A DNA stretch of 27,222 nt from Chloroflexota bacterium (lineage in GTDB: Bacteria; Chloroflexota; Anaerolineae; Anaerolineales; VGOW01): the NCBI GenBank assembly GCA_016215145.1, contig JACRLA010000334.1, forward strand, positions 1-27,222, in the 5' to 3' direction. A model generated the notes under the pieces. That model was not told the origin of the DNA, did not search any database, and saw only the letters and a list, made by a program, of their open reading frames with translations. Positions 1 to 8,678 of this stretch are shown here, piece after piece (the first letter of the stretch is position 1; each line of letters begins with the position of its first letter). The translations under genes were made by a program, and so were the position numbers.

Positions 1-66
1 CAACTCTGGTCATTGATGACGTTTCAAATATGGTTCTTTAAATACATCGCCCCCAAAGATTTGTAA
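1..66 (+). CDS. 3' end of an upstream gene, probably an AsnB-family amidotransferase (partial)
   Basis: Frame 1 reads QLWSLMTFQIWFFKYIAPKDL* (stop 64-66). This resembles the LWxLxxFxxW C-terminal helix of class II asparagine synthases. Only 21 codons are visible. Confidence 0.5.
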   Translation, partial: QLWSLMTFQIWFFKYIAPKDL

Positions 67-99
67 TTGTTCATTGTTCATTCTCTCATTGTTCATTGT
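66..99. repeat. Intergenic heptamer tandem repeat (ATTGTTC)n, about 5 units
   Basis: attgttc-attgttc-attctctc-attgttc-attgt lies between the stop at 64-66 and the ATG at 100. Confidence 0.8.
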
Positions 100-1266
100 A
101 TGAAGTTCGCCTACATCACCAACAACCGCCTCCCGTCCGAAAAAGCAAACGCTTTCCAAATCGCCCAGATGTGTTCGGCGCTGGCGAGTCAAGGCGCGGA
201 TGTGACTCTTTTCTATCCGGCGCGGCGCAACCTCAAAAAATTTGAGGGCGTTGATCTCTTTGCTTACTACAAACTTCCGCGCAACTTTAAATTGCGCCCG
301 ATCCCGTGCGCTGACATCTTCCACTTAAGCGGCGGCAACGCAGTGGTTGAGCTACCCATCTTCTTGTTGCAAACATTCACCTTTGCTCTTTCGCTCATTC
401 AAGCCTTGCGACACGAATCGTTTGACGTGTATTACGCCCGCGATATTTTTGTGCTGGGCGCGATCCTTGCCGCCTTTCGCCAACTCAAGAAGCGCATGTT
501 CTTTGAAGCGCACACCTTCTCCGAGTCAAGATTTGGGCGTGAGTGGCAGCGGCGCGTGATTAAACGTTTGGGCGGCGTGATCAGCATCAGCAGTGCATTA
601 GCCGATCAATATCTTGGATTCGGAATCTCGCCTCACAACATTTTGATCGCTCCCGATGCAGTGAATTTGAAGCGATATGACGGACTGACGAAGGAAAATG
701 CAAGAAGGCGATTAGCGACAGGCGATAAGCGATTAGCGATTTACACAGGTCATCTCTATGAGTGGAAGGGTGCAAGTGTATTTGCCGAGGCGGCATCACA
801 ATTGGAAAATGTTCGCGCTCTCATCGTCGGCGGCACGGAAGGAGATGTGAGACGGTTGCGATCCGAAGTGAGTCAACGCGGTTGGAAAAATGTTGACGTG
901 ATCGGTTATGTCGCGCCCGATCAAATTCCGTTATATCAAGTGGCGGCAGATGTGGTCGTCCTTCCGAACTCTGCCAAATCTGAAATCTCGCGTTTGCATA
1001 CATCGCCATTAAAACTTTTTGAATACATGGCAAGCGGCACACCCATTGTTGCTTCTGATCTGCCGTCACTGCGCGAAGTGTTGCGCGCTAACGAAAATGC
1101 GATCTTGGTTGAAGCGGATGATGCCAGTGCGTTGGCAAACGGAATCAAGTTGCTTTTAAATGATCGCCTCTTAGCGGATCGGTTGGCGGCAACCGCGCGC
1201 AAAGATGTTGAAGCGTTGACGTGGGCGGCGCGTGCCGAGTCGGTGATCCACTTTTGTGGCGTATAA
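100..1266 (+). CDS. Glycosyltransferase family 4 (GT-B)
   Basis: Starts MKFAYITNNRLPSEKANAFQ and has the GT4 C-terminal motif TSPLKLFEYMASGTPIVASDLP. ATG 100 is preferred over the track start at 67, which translates the heptamer repeat. Confidence 0.93.
   Translation: MKFAYITNNRLPSEKANAFQIAQMCSALASQGADVTLFYPARRNLKKFEGVDLFAYYKLPRNFKLRPIPCADIFHLSGGNAVVELPIFLLQTFTFALSLIQALRHESFDVYYARDIFVLGAILAAFRQLKKRMFFEAHTFSESRFGREWQRRVIKRLGGVISISSALADQYLGFGISPHNILIAPDAVNLKRYDGLTKENARRRLATGDKRLAIYTGHLYEWKGASVFAEAASQLENVRALIVGGTEGDVRRLRSEVSQRGWKNVDVIGYVAPDQIPLYQVAADVVVLPNSAKSEISRLHTSPLKLFEYMASGTPIVASDLPSLREVLRANENAILVEADDASALANGIKLLLNDRLLADRLAATARKDVEALTWAARAESVIHFCGV
708..742. repeat. Intragenic heptamer tandem repeat (GCGATWA-like) x5
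   Basis: gcgatta-gcgacag-gcgataa-gcgatta-gcgattt, read in frame as part of RRLATGDKRLAIY. Confidence 0.7.
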
Positions 1267-1282
1267 TTGCGCCTCGCTTTCT

Positions 1283-2101
1283 ATGACTCACATTCGAATC
1301 GAACCCCGTTCTTCTTGGCTGGCGATGGAGTGGCGCGAAGTGTGGCGCTTCCGCGAGCTATTATTTTTTTTGGTGTGGCGCGACGTGAAGGTGCGTTACA
1401 AGCAAACGGTGATCGGCATCGCTTGGGTGGTGCTGCAGCCGCTCGTCGCGTCGTTCATCTTTGCCATCATCTTCGGCAACTTCGCGCGGATGCCTTCGGA
1501 CAATTTGCCTTACGTAATTTTTGCGATGGGCGGACTCGTCCCCTGGAATTTTTTTGCCAACTCGATTCAACGTGGCACAGGAAGTTTGGTCGGCAGTGCC
1601 GGTTTGATCTCTAAAGTTTATTTTCCACGTCTCATTATTCCAGTTGCCAGTATCCTCGCCGGACTTGTGGATTTAGCGGTCGTGTTGACTGCGCTGATCG
1701 TGTTGATGTTGATCTGGGGCATCACGCCGACTCTGGCGATCCTGACTCTGCCGTTGATGTTGCTTCTGGCGTTTGGCATTGCGCTTGGCGCGAGTTTGGG
1801 TCTGACGGCGATCAACGTGCAGTATCGTGACGTGGGTTACGCCATGCCGGTGGTGATGCAGTTGTGGTTGTATGCCACACCGGTGATCTATTCGTCAAGT
1901 TTGATTCCTGAAAATTGGCGATGGCTTTATGGATTGAATCCGATGGTGGGCGTGATCGGCGGCTTTCGCTGGGCGCTGTTCGGCACGGGGATGCCGCCAC
2001 TCGCTGAATTGGCGTTATCCTTAATCACCATGATCGTTTTGCTTATCGGCGGCATGTTGTTATTCAATCGCATGGAATCAAGATTTGCGGATGTGGTGTG
2101 A
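1283..2101 (+). CDS. wzm: Polysaccharide ABC transporter permease
   Basis: Contains RELLFFLVWRDVKVRYKQTVIG, several TM segments, YRDV and YATPVIY...LNPM. Likely ATG at 1283. Directly precedes the ATPase gene. Confidence 0.95.
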   Translation: MTHIRIEPRSSWLAMEWREVWRFRELLFFLVWRDVKVRYKQTVIGIAWVVLQPLVASFIFAIIFGNFARMPSDNLPYVIFAMGGLVPWNFFANSIQRGTGSLVGSAGLISKVYFPRLIIPVASILAGLVDLAVVLTALIVLMLIWGITPTLAILTLPLMLLLAFGIALGASLGLTAINVQYRDVGYAMPVVMQLWLYATPVIYSSSLIPENWRWLYGLNPMVGVIGGFRWALFGTGMPPLAELALSLITMIVLLIGGMLLFNRMESRFADVV

Positions 2102-3378
2102 TGAGTGACATTGCCGTTCAAGCGAACCGTGTTTCAAAAGAATATCGCATCAATCGTTTTCAACGTAAGAAGACGCACGAGCGATCACTGCGTGATGACG
2201 TCGTGGGTTTGCTCACTTCTCCGTTTCGCCAACGCGACGAATCGTCGGATTCGATCTGGGCGTTAAAAGATATTTCGTTTGAGGTGAAGGCGGGCGAAGT
2301 GGTGGGCATCATTGGGCGCAACGGCGCGGGCAAAAGCACGTTGCTAAAAATTCTCTCGCGCATCACGCGACCCACCGAAGGTGCGATAGATATTTATGGA
2401 CGAGTTGGTTCGTTGCTTGAAGTTGGCACGGGCTTTCACGCCGAATTGAGCGGGCGCGAGAATATCTACCTCAACGGCGCGATCTTGGGAATGGGCAAGC
2501 GTGAGATTGATCGCAAGTTCGATGAGATTGTTGCCTTCTCTGAAGTCGAAAAATTTATTGATACGCCGGTCAAACGTTATTCGAGCGGCATGTATATGCG
2601 GCTTGCCTTTGCCGTGGCGGCGCATCTCGATCCTGAAATCTTGATCGTGGACGAAGTGTTGGCGGTAGGCGATGTGCAGTTTCAAAAAAAATGTTTGGGC
2701 AAGATGAGCGAAGTGGCGCACGGCGGGCGCACGGTGTTGTTCGTGAGTCATAACATGAACGCCATTGAGCAGTTATGCGGCTCGGCGATTTTGTTGGAGG
2801 AGGGTAAACTTACTGATTATTCGGCAGATGTGCATCACATTATTACGCGCTATCTCTCGTCTGGCGTTAATGATGAGTCGCGGGCAGAGTGGATCAATAT
2901 GGGCGGCGAGTATGAGAATCCATACTTCAAACCACTACGGTTATTTGTTTCCGATAAAGATGGCAACGTTATAAATCACGCCGTGAGTCGCAGCGATGAA
3001 GTCTGGATTCAAATTGAAGGTGAGATTCAAAAAATGGACTCGACATTATCTGTGGGTTATGCTATTTATGGTGAAAGCGGCGCGCAACTTTATCTCAGCA
3101 CGCACACCGATGGACCCGAGTCGGGGTGGGCGAAGATACATGAAGGCAGGTGCGTATTGCGTAGTCAATTGCCACTCCATTTGTTGAATGAAGGCACACA
3201 TCGGATTGAATGTGTTGTGGATTTGCACAACGTCCGTTGGGTGCTGTTGCCCGGTGAGCATAACCCTACCGTGCAAATGGACGTGCAAGGCGGCTTGAGT
3301 GAGTCGCCATACTGGACGCGAGCGCGTATGGGTGTCATGGCGCCGATCTTGGAATGGGTCGCCGCTAACGTGAATTAG
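2101..3378 (+). CDS. wzt: Polysaccharide ABC transporter ATP-binding protein with a C-terminal extension (Wzt_C-like)
   Basis: Walker A GRNGAGKST, signature YSSGM, Walker B ILIVDEVLAVGD, H-loop VSH, then about 170 further residues. The ATG overlaps the wzm stop. Confidence 0.95.
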   Translation: MSDIAVQANRVSKEYRINRFQRKKTHERSLRDDVVGLLTSPFRQRDESSDSIWALKDISFEVKAGEVVGIIGRNGAGKSTLLKILSRITRPTEGAIDIYGRVGSLLEVGTGFHAELSGRENIYLNGAILGMGKREIDRKFDEIVAFSEVEKFIDTPVKRYSSGMYMRLAFAVAAHLDPEILIVDEVLAVGDVQFQKKCLGKMSEVAHGGRTVLFVSHNMNAIEQLCGSAILLEEGKLTDYSADVHHIITRYLSSGVNDESRAEWINMGGEYENPYFKPLRLFVSDKDGNVINHAVSRSDEVWIQIEGEIQKMDSTLSVGYAIYGESGAQLYLSTHTDGPESGWAKIHEGRCVLRSQLPLHLLNEGTHRIECVVDLHNVRWVLLPGEHNPTVQMDVQGGLSESPYWTRARMGVMAPILEWVAANVN

Positions 3379-3394
3379 CAGAGTCGGTCTCACC

Positions 3395-4249
3395 GTGTTG
3401 AACACTCCTGTTTTACTCATCATCTTCAATCGCCCACACACTACGCGCAAAGTGTTAGACGTGTTGCGCCAAGTGCAGCCGCGCCAACTCTTTGTCGCCG
3501 CCGATGGTCCCCGATCCGATCATCCCGACGATGAAGAAAAATGCAAATACACTCGCGCGGTGGTTGACGAAATGGTGGACTGGCAGTGCGACGTTCACAA
3601 AAATTATGCCGACGAGAACATGGGATGCGGTCCCCGTCCAGCGACGGCGATCACTTGGTTCTTTGAAAATGTTGAACGCGGAATCATTCTTGAGGATGAT
3701 TGTGTGCCGCATCCCACCTTTTTCCGTTTTTGCGAAGAGTTGTTGGAGTATTACAAAGATAACGAGCGGGTGATGCACATTGGGGGCAGTAATTTTCAGA
3801 ACGGGCGTAAGCGTGGGAATGCCTCATATTATTTTTCTATCTACACTCATGGTGTGAGTTGGGCGACTTGGCGGCGGGCATGGCAACACTTTGACTTCAA
3901 GAGCATTCCCCCTGAAGCGCGCAGCCACATTTGGGATTTTCAATGGTTTAAAGCGGCGAAGCGTCAAGGTGGTTTGGCGGTTTTGCCAAATGTCAACCTG
4001 TTCACTAATTTGGGTTTTGATAGTGATGCGTCGCACACTGTTGGAGTGCCTCATTACTTCACTTTGCCGGTTGAGCCAATGGATTTCCCCTTAACGCATC
4101 CGGAGAGAATTGCTATTGATCGGGCGGCGGATCGTTATACGGATTACACTGTGTTTCGCGGCGCGGTATCGTCATGGCAAATTCTGAAAATGCAAATCGA
4201 AGACATAATCCGTTATAGTAGGCGACGAGTCACCTCCTTTTGGCGATAG
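3395..4249 (+). CDS. GT-A fold nucleotide-diphospho-sugar transferase (HlpA-like family)
   Basis: Contains TPVLLIIFNRP, AADGPR, IILEDDC (DxD-like), WATWRRAW and PNVNLFTNLGF. GTG start. Confidence 0.85.
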   Translation: MLNTPVLLIIFNRPHTTRKVLDVLRQVQPRQLFVAADGPRSDHPDDEEKCKYTRAVVDEMVDWQCDVHKNYADENMGCGPRPATAITWFFENVERGIILEDDCVPHPTFFRFCEELLEYYKDNERVMHIGGSNFQNGRKRGNASYYFSIYTHGVSWATWRRAWQHFDFKSIPPEARSHIWDFQWFKAAKRQGGLAVLPNVNLFTNLGFDSDASHTVGVPHYFTLPVEPMDFPLTHPERIAIDRAADRYTDYTVFRGAVSSWQILKMQIEDIIRYSRRRVTSFWR

Positions 4250-4255
4250 CATTTT

Positions 4256-5145
4256 ATGTCAGTAATAAGCCCCCTCACAGGTTCATCAAACGTTGTGTTT
4301 GAAAAGAATATCCGTTGTGATTGGTTGATCGCTAACTACCAACAGCAGTTAGGTATAGATGTTAGCAAGTATTTTGCGGGTTTGGAATCAATTCAAATTT
4401 ATAAATGCCTTGATACGGGCTATCGTTTTTATTACCCGTTTAATGTTGATGGAGACGGCGCATTTTATGAAGCGTTGCAAAAGTTCGATTGGTATTATAT
4501 GGATTGGAAGTGGGAGCATCAAATTACAAGTGAGATGATTAAGCCCACTGACAAAGTGTTAGAGATTCAGGAGTGTGCACGCAAAGGTTGTCACGATGGA
4601 TCGCAAAATCTCCCGATTTTGCCCGAAGTCGGGAGACTTCGGATTCCGCTACCTGACAAGGTTTGCGTGCACACATTCAGGATCATGCGCGCGAGAATCC
4701 TGAAAAGTACGATATGGTGTGTTCATTTCAAGTTGTGGAGCATATTGCGGCGATCAAACCGTTTTTGCAGGCGTCAGTTGATGCACTGAGATGTGGAGGC
4801 AAACTAATTTTTAGTGTACCGCACAATTATTCAGATTCTCCCTTGTTGCAAAACAATATTTTGGATATGCCACCTCACCATAGCGGGCTTTGGGATAGCG
4901 TAGCGTTGGCGAACTTGCAAAACCTGTTTGCTCTCCGCCTTGAAATGCTTTTGTGGGAGCCTGTTCAAAAATCTCACCGAGGCATTTATCACGGTATTGT
5001 TCGTGATAATTTCGAGAACAAATTGGGACTTCGCGGCAGGTTTGCTAATACATGGATGGCGTGGATTCAACAGCGTACGATTCAATACCTTTCCGAATAT
5101 CTATTAGGGCACACTATCATTGCTCACTATAGGAAGTTGCCATGA
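4256..5145 (+). pseudogene. Class I SAM-dependent methyltransferase disrupted by a MITE and lacking motif I
   Basis: Split into track ORFs 4256..4789 and 4663..5145. Removing the 110-bp insertion gives one frame reading DKVLEIQDHARENPEKYDMVCSFQVVEH (259 aa). No GxGxG follows KVLEI. Confidence 0.85.
4573..4674. mobile_element. 102-bp non-autonomous MITE with 21-bp TIRs and an 8-bp TSD
   Basis: Left TIR GTGTGCACGCAAAGGTTGTCA (4573-4593). Right TIR 4654-4674 reverse-complements to GTGTGCACGCAAACCTTGTCA (19/21 match). Direct repeat ATTCAGGA at 4565-4572 and 4675-4682. Internal hairpin at 4606-4639. Confidence 0.9.
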
Positions 5146-5999
5146 AACTGATTAATCTGGGCTGTGGCACACGTTATCATCGAGATTGGGTGAATGTGGA
5201 TTTTGTGTCGTTAACCCCAGATGTGATTGCTCACGATCTTTCACTAGGTGTCCCGTTTCAGGATAATGAGATTGATGCTGTTTATCACTCCCATGTGTTA
5301 GAGCATTTTTCAAAAAGTGGCGCGGTGACGTTCTTACAAGAATGTCGCCGCGTGTTGAAGCCCAAGGGTGTGTTGCGAGTCGTTGTGCCTGATCTTGAAA
5401 CTATCGTCAAACAATATATTAAGTGGCGTGATTTAGCACTTACTGGTGATAAAGAGGCGCAGTTGAACTACGGTTGGATTATGCTGGAGATGTACGATCA
5501 AGTTGCACGAAATTTTAGTGGCGGATACATGGCGCAGTATTTGTCGCAAGATGAGATTTTGAACACCGCTTTCGTGCGCGAGCGAATGGGAACCGCGTTT
5601 GAAATATATCGGCGTAACGTAGAGAATGCCAAAAGCAACGTAGTAGTAAAGCAGTCTCAGAGTTCGAGTAAGCATTTTGAGCGGAGGTTTATGAGTTCAT
5701 CTTTAGGAAGGGTTTTGAACCAAGGGAAGCAAAAATTATTAAACCCCCTAATTAATCAGTATTGGCGGGAGAGACGTTACCGTAAGGTGGGAAAGTTTAG
5801 ATTATCTGGAGAAATACATCAATGGATGTATGATCGATATTCATTAACGCAATTACTTACCCAGTGCGGTTTTCGTAATCCTAAAGTGTGTGGGGCAACT
5901 GAGAGTCTAATCCCGAATTGGCTTGAGTTCAACCTTGACACTGAGCCAGATGGTTCAGTATATAAAGCGGACTCTTTATTTATGGAAGCAATCAAGTGA
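5142..5999 (+). CDS. Class I SAM-dependent methyltransferase (Methyltransf_11-like)
   Basis: Contains MKLINLGCG (motif I), YHSHVLEH, RVLKPKGVLRVVVPD and HQWMYDRYSL. Confidence 0.9.
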   Translation: MKLINLGCGTRYHRDWVNVDFVSLTPDVIAHDLSLGVPFQDNEIDAVYHSHVLEHFSKSGAVTFLQECRRVLKPKGVLRVVVPDLETIVKQYIKWRDLALTGDKEAQLNYGWIMLEMYDQVARNFSGGYMAQYLSQDEILNTAFVRERMGTAFEIYRRNVENAKSNVVVKQSQSSSKHFERRFMSSSLGRVLNQGKQKLLNPLINQYWRERRYRKVGKFRLSGEIHQWMYDRYSLTQLLTQCGFRNPKVCGATESLIPNWLEFNLDTEPDGSVYKADSLFMEAIK

Positions 6000-6952
6000 C
6001 TCCCTCTTCACGTAACTCCATTAGTTTCATTATCCCTGCATATAACTGCGCTGAAACAGTGGGAGAGACTGTTGAGTCTATCTTTAACGGTAACTTTAGT
6101 GCGGGCGACGAAGCGATTCTAATCAACGATTGCTCCTCCGATAATACTGCCGAAGTGTTGTCAGCGTTGCAAGCGCAATATCCTGCGATTCGGATTTTGA
6201 ATCATAGGGTAAACAAAGGCACGGCGGCGGCGAGTCGGAATACGGGTATTGAACAATCTAACAACGATCTGATTTTTTGTTTGGATGCGGATAATGTTCT
6301 TGTGCCGGATAGCGTCCCTAAACTCACAGAGCATTTGTTGGCAACAAAGGCGGATGCGGCGGCGTTTGGCGAGATGCATGTTTTTAATCACGCGACACGA
6401 GCGATTAACTACAAGTGGATTTTTCGGGCAGAGATTACGTTGGCAGATGCTTTGGCGGGGTTTATATGGCCGGGGCCAAGTGGCAACTATCTTTTTACGA
6501 AGCAAAGTTGGTTGAAGGCAGGGAGATATTTTGAGCCTACTCTTCTAAATCAAACGATTGATTCGTGGGCGTTTGGAATCAGCCAATTAGGGACCGGGTC
6601 GAAGATGGTGACTTTGCCCGAGACGTATTACTTGCATCGTAACGGTATTCAATCTCATTATGTACGTGAATATGAGCGAGGCAATCAATCACTGGCGGCG
6701 TTAGTAGCGTTGCTTCCATTTCTAGAATTGCTTCATGAACGTGATGTAGAGTACATCATGGGGCGTAGGGGAAGAATGGTTTGGTACAGCAATCTTGCAC
6801 AGCGCCCATTACATTTGAAAAATGGTGCGCTGGGACGATCGGGAACAAGCGTTAATTTTTGGAAAGAGCGTCCACCACTCCCGCCTCTGACGCGCCGCAT
6901 TGTTCTTAAAGCGAAATCTTTGATCTCTGCTTTTATTTCGCCTGCGAGTTGA
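5996..6952 (+). CDS. Glycosyltransferase family 2
   Basis: Contains SFIIPAYN, INDCSSDNT, SRNTGI and CLDADN (DxD). GTG start overlaps the upstream stop. Confidence 0.9.
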   Translation: MTPSSRNSISFIIPAYNCAETVGETVESIFNGNFSAGDEAILINDCSSDNTAEVLSALQAQYPAIRILNHRVNKGTAAASRNTGIEQSNNDLIFCLDADNVLVPDSVPKLTEHLLATKADAAAFGEMHVFNHATRAINYKWIFRAEITLADALAGFIWPGPSGNYLFTKQSWLKAGRYFEPTLLNQTIDSWAFGISQLGTGSKMVTLPETYYLHRNGIQSHYVREYERGNQSLAALVALLPFLELLHERDVEYIMGRRGRMVWYSNLAQRPLHLKNGALGRSGTSVNFWKERPPLPPLTRRIVLKAKSLISAFISPAS

Positions 6953-7737
6953 ATCCTACTATCATGGAATCTTGGTTACAAAAAATTCAACATTTCCGTT
7001 CAACGTGGGTTGAACCGATTATTCCGTTGCGACAGATGCGGAATTCTTTTAGTTTGTATCGGCGATTTCTTTCAGATTGGTCACGATATGAACATCTGCC
7101 GGAAGCGGAAGAACTACGCTTTGAAGATAGTTATCCCTGTTTGTTAGATCGCCGCCGCACCACGCCGATCAATAGGCAATACCTATATCAAGCAGTGTGG
7201 GCGTTTAAGCGAATCAAAGAGTCGGGTGCGACTTTTCATCTTGATGTCGGTTCGGAAGTGGCGTTTCTAGCAATGCTCTCTGCTGTGACTCCCGCGATTT
7301 ATATTGATATTCGCCCTGCACTTTTATCATTAGAAAACTTTGGCTCTATGCAAGGGAGTATTTTGGAATTGCCTTTCGCCGATCATTCAGTACTTTCTCT
7401 TTCGTGTTTGCATGTTGTGGAGCATATTGGCTTGGGTCGCTATGGCGATCCATTGGATACACACGGCACGAAAAAAGCGATACGTGAATTGCGCCGCGTA
7501 TTGGCAGCGGGCGGCAATTTGTTTTTCTCCACACCCATCGGTAAACCGCGTATGTGCTTCAACGCTCATCGGATTCATAGCCCTACTCAGATAATAGAAA
7601 TGTTTGGCGATTTAGATTTGGCGGAATTCTCGGTAATAGATGATCGCGATATTCTCTATCAAAATGTTTCTCCCTTAGAATATGTTGATGCAAATTATAC
7701 GTGTGGGTTGTTTCGGTTTCGTCGTTTAGCAGTTTAA
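6949..7737 (+). CDS. DUF268-like putative SAM-dependent methyltransferase
   Basis: Contains HLDVGS, SLSCLHVVEHIGLGRYGDPLD and FNAHRI. Start is TTG 6949 or ATG 6964. Confidence 0.8.
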   Translation: MNPTIMESWLQKIQHFRSTWVEPIIPLRQMRNSFSLYRRFLSDWSRYEHLPEAEELRFEDSYPCLLDRRRTTPINRQYLYQAVWAFKRIKESGATFHLDVGSEVAFLAMLSAVTPAIYIDIRPALLSLENFGSMQGSILELPFADHSVLSLSCLHVVEHIGLGRYGDPLDTHGTKKAIRELRRVLAAGGNLFFSTPIGKPRMCFNAHRIHSPTQIIEMFGDLDLAEFSVIDDRDILYQNVSPLEYVDANYTCGLFRFRRLAV

Positions 7738-7739
7738 TT

Positions 7740-8552
7740 ATGGTACATTATTTATCCCAGACAATCCTATCTTTCTCGCGTTCATCTCGTATACAGTCCG
7801 GACTGTATCGGCTAGTCTCGCATGCTCATTACTTGATGGGAATCGGAGCTGGCAGCGACGTTACTACCAGCGGAGAAAAGTCAGTGATTGAACTCTTGAA
7901 GAGTTCAACCCAGTTGATGGGCCGACCCTTGTGCATCTTTGATGTAGGGGCAAATAAGGGACAGTACCTAACTTTATTGTCTCAATCTTTAATGGGACGC
8001 CAATTACAAATCCACGCTTTCGAGCCAAATCGTGTTGCTTATCAAGCATTATATTCACGAATGAGCGGCAACGAAAACATGATGTTAAATAACATGGCAT
8101 TAGGTCGTGAGACCGGTAAGGCAGATTTGTTTTTTGATGAGGAGGGATCTGTCTTGGGCTCGTTAGCCAAGCGACGATTGGACCATTATCGAATTCGATT
8201 TCAACATTCCGAACAAGTTCAAGTGGAAACGCTTGATAACTATTGCCTGCGGCGCGACATTTCCGAAATTGACTTGTTGAAGTTGGATGTGGAAGGTTTC
8301 GAGTACGATGTTTTGCGCGGGGGTATTCGGATGTTTAATGAGCGCAGAGTTCGAATGGTTGCATTTGAATTTGGCGGTGCCAATATTGATACACCCGTTT
8401 TCTTTCAGGATTTTTTCTATTTCTTTCGCAAGTGCGGTATGTCTAATATTTTCAAGGTGACTCCCTCTGGCTATTTATACCGAATTTCTAAATATCGTGA
8501 ACAGGACGAGCAATTTCTGACAACGAATTTCCTCGCAATCCGTGAAGAATAA
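7740..8552 (+). CDS. FkbM-family methyltransferase
   Basis: Contains IFDVGANKGQY, HAFEPN, NNMALG, TLDNY and IDLLKLDVEGFEYDVLRG. ATG at 7740. Confidence 0.92.
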   Translation: MVHYLSQTILSFSRSSRIQSGLYRLVSHAHYLMGIGAGSDVTTSGEKSVIELLKSSTQLMGRPLCIFDVGANKGQYLTLLSQSLMGRQLQIHAFEPNRVAYQALYSRMSGNENMMLNNMALGRETGKADLFFDEEGSVLGSLAKRRLDHYRIRFQHSEQVQVETLDNYCLRRDISEIDLLKLDVEGFEYDVLRGGIRMFNERRVRMVAFEFGGANIDTPVFFQDFFYFFRKCGMSNIFKVTPSGYLYRISKYREQDEQFLTTNFLAIREE

Positions 8553-8564
8553 TTTGTGCCTGCG

Positions 8565-8660
8565 ATGCGCCTCCTCTACCTCGCCCTCAAATACGATTAC
8601 GGTTTGCGCGAGTGCGGCCTAAGTTTTGAGCATTAATTTTTTAATACGCCATTAAATATG
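8565..8660 (+). pseudogene. 5' relic of a CgeB-like glycosyltransferase gene
   Basis: Reads MRLLYLALKYDYGLRECGLSFEH* (stop 8634-8636). By manual comparison it is 59/69 nt and 20/23 aa identical to the start of the gene at 13812. Weak similarity continues to about 8660. Confidence 0.85.
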
Positions 8661-8678
8661 AGATATGCATAGACCATT

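Noticed and set aside
66-99. CRISPR-like or phase-variable simple repeat (also 20513-20547 and 25727-25781)
   Set aside because: The units are short, degenerate and spacer-free. Imperfect units make frequent slippage unlikely, and no cas genes are present.
4256-5145. Programmed ribosomal frameshift joining the two ORFs
   Set aside because: The frame change is fully explained by the 110-bp MITE plus TSD, and no slippery site is needed.
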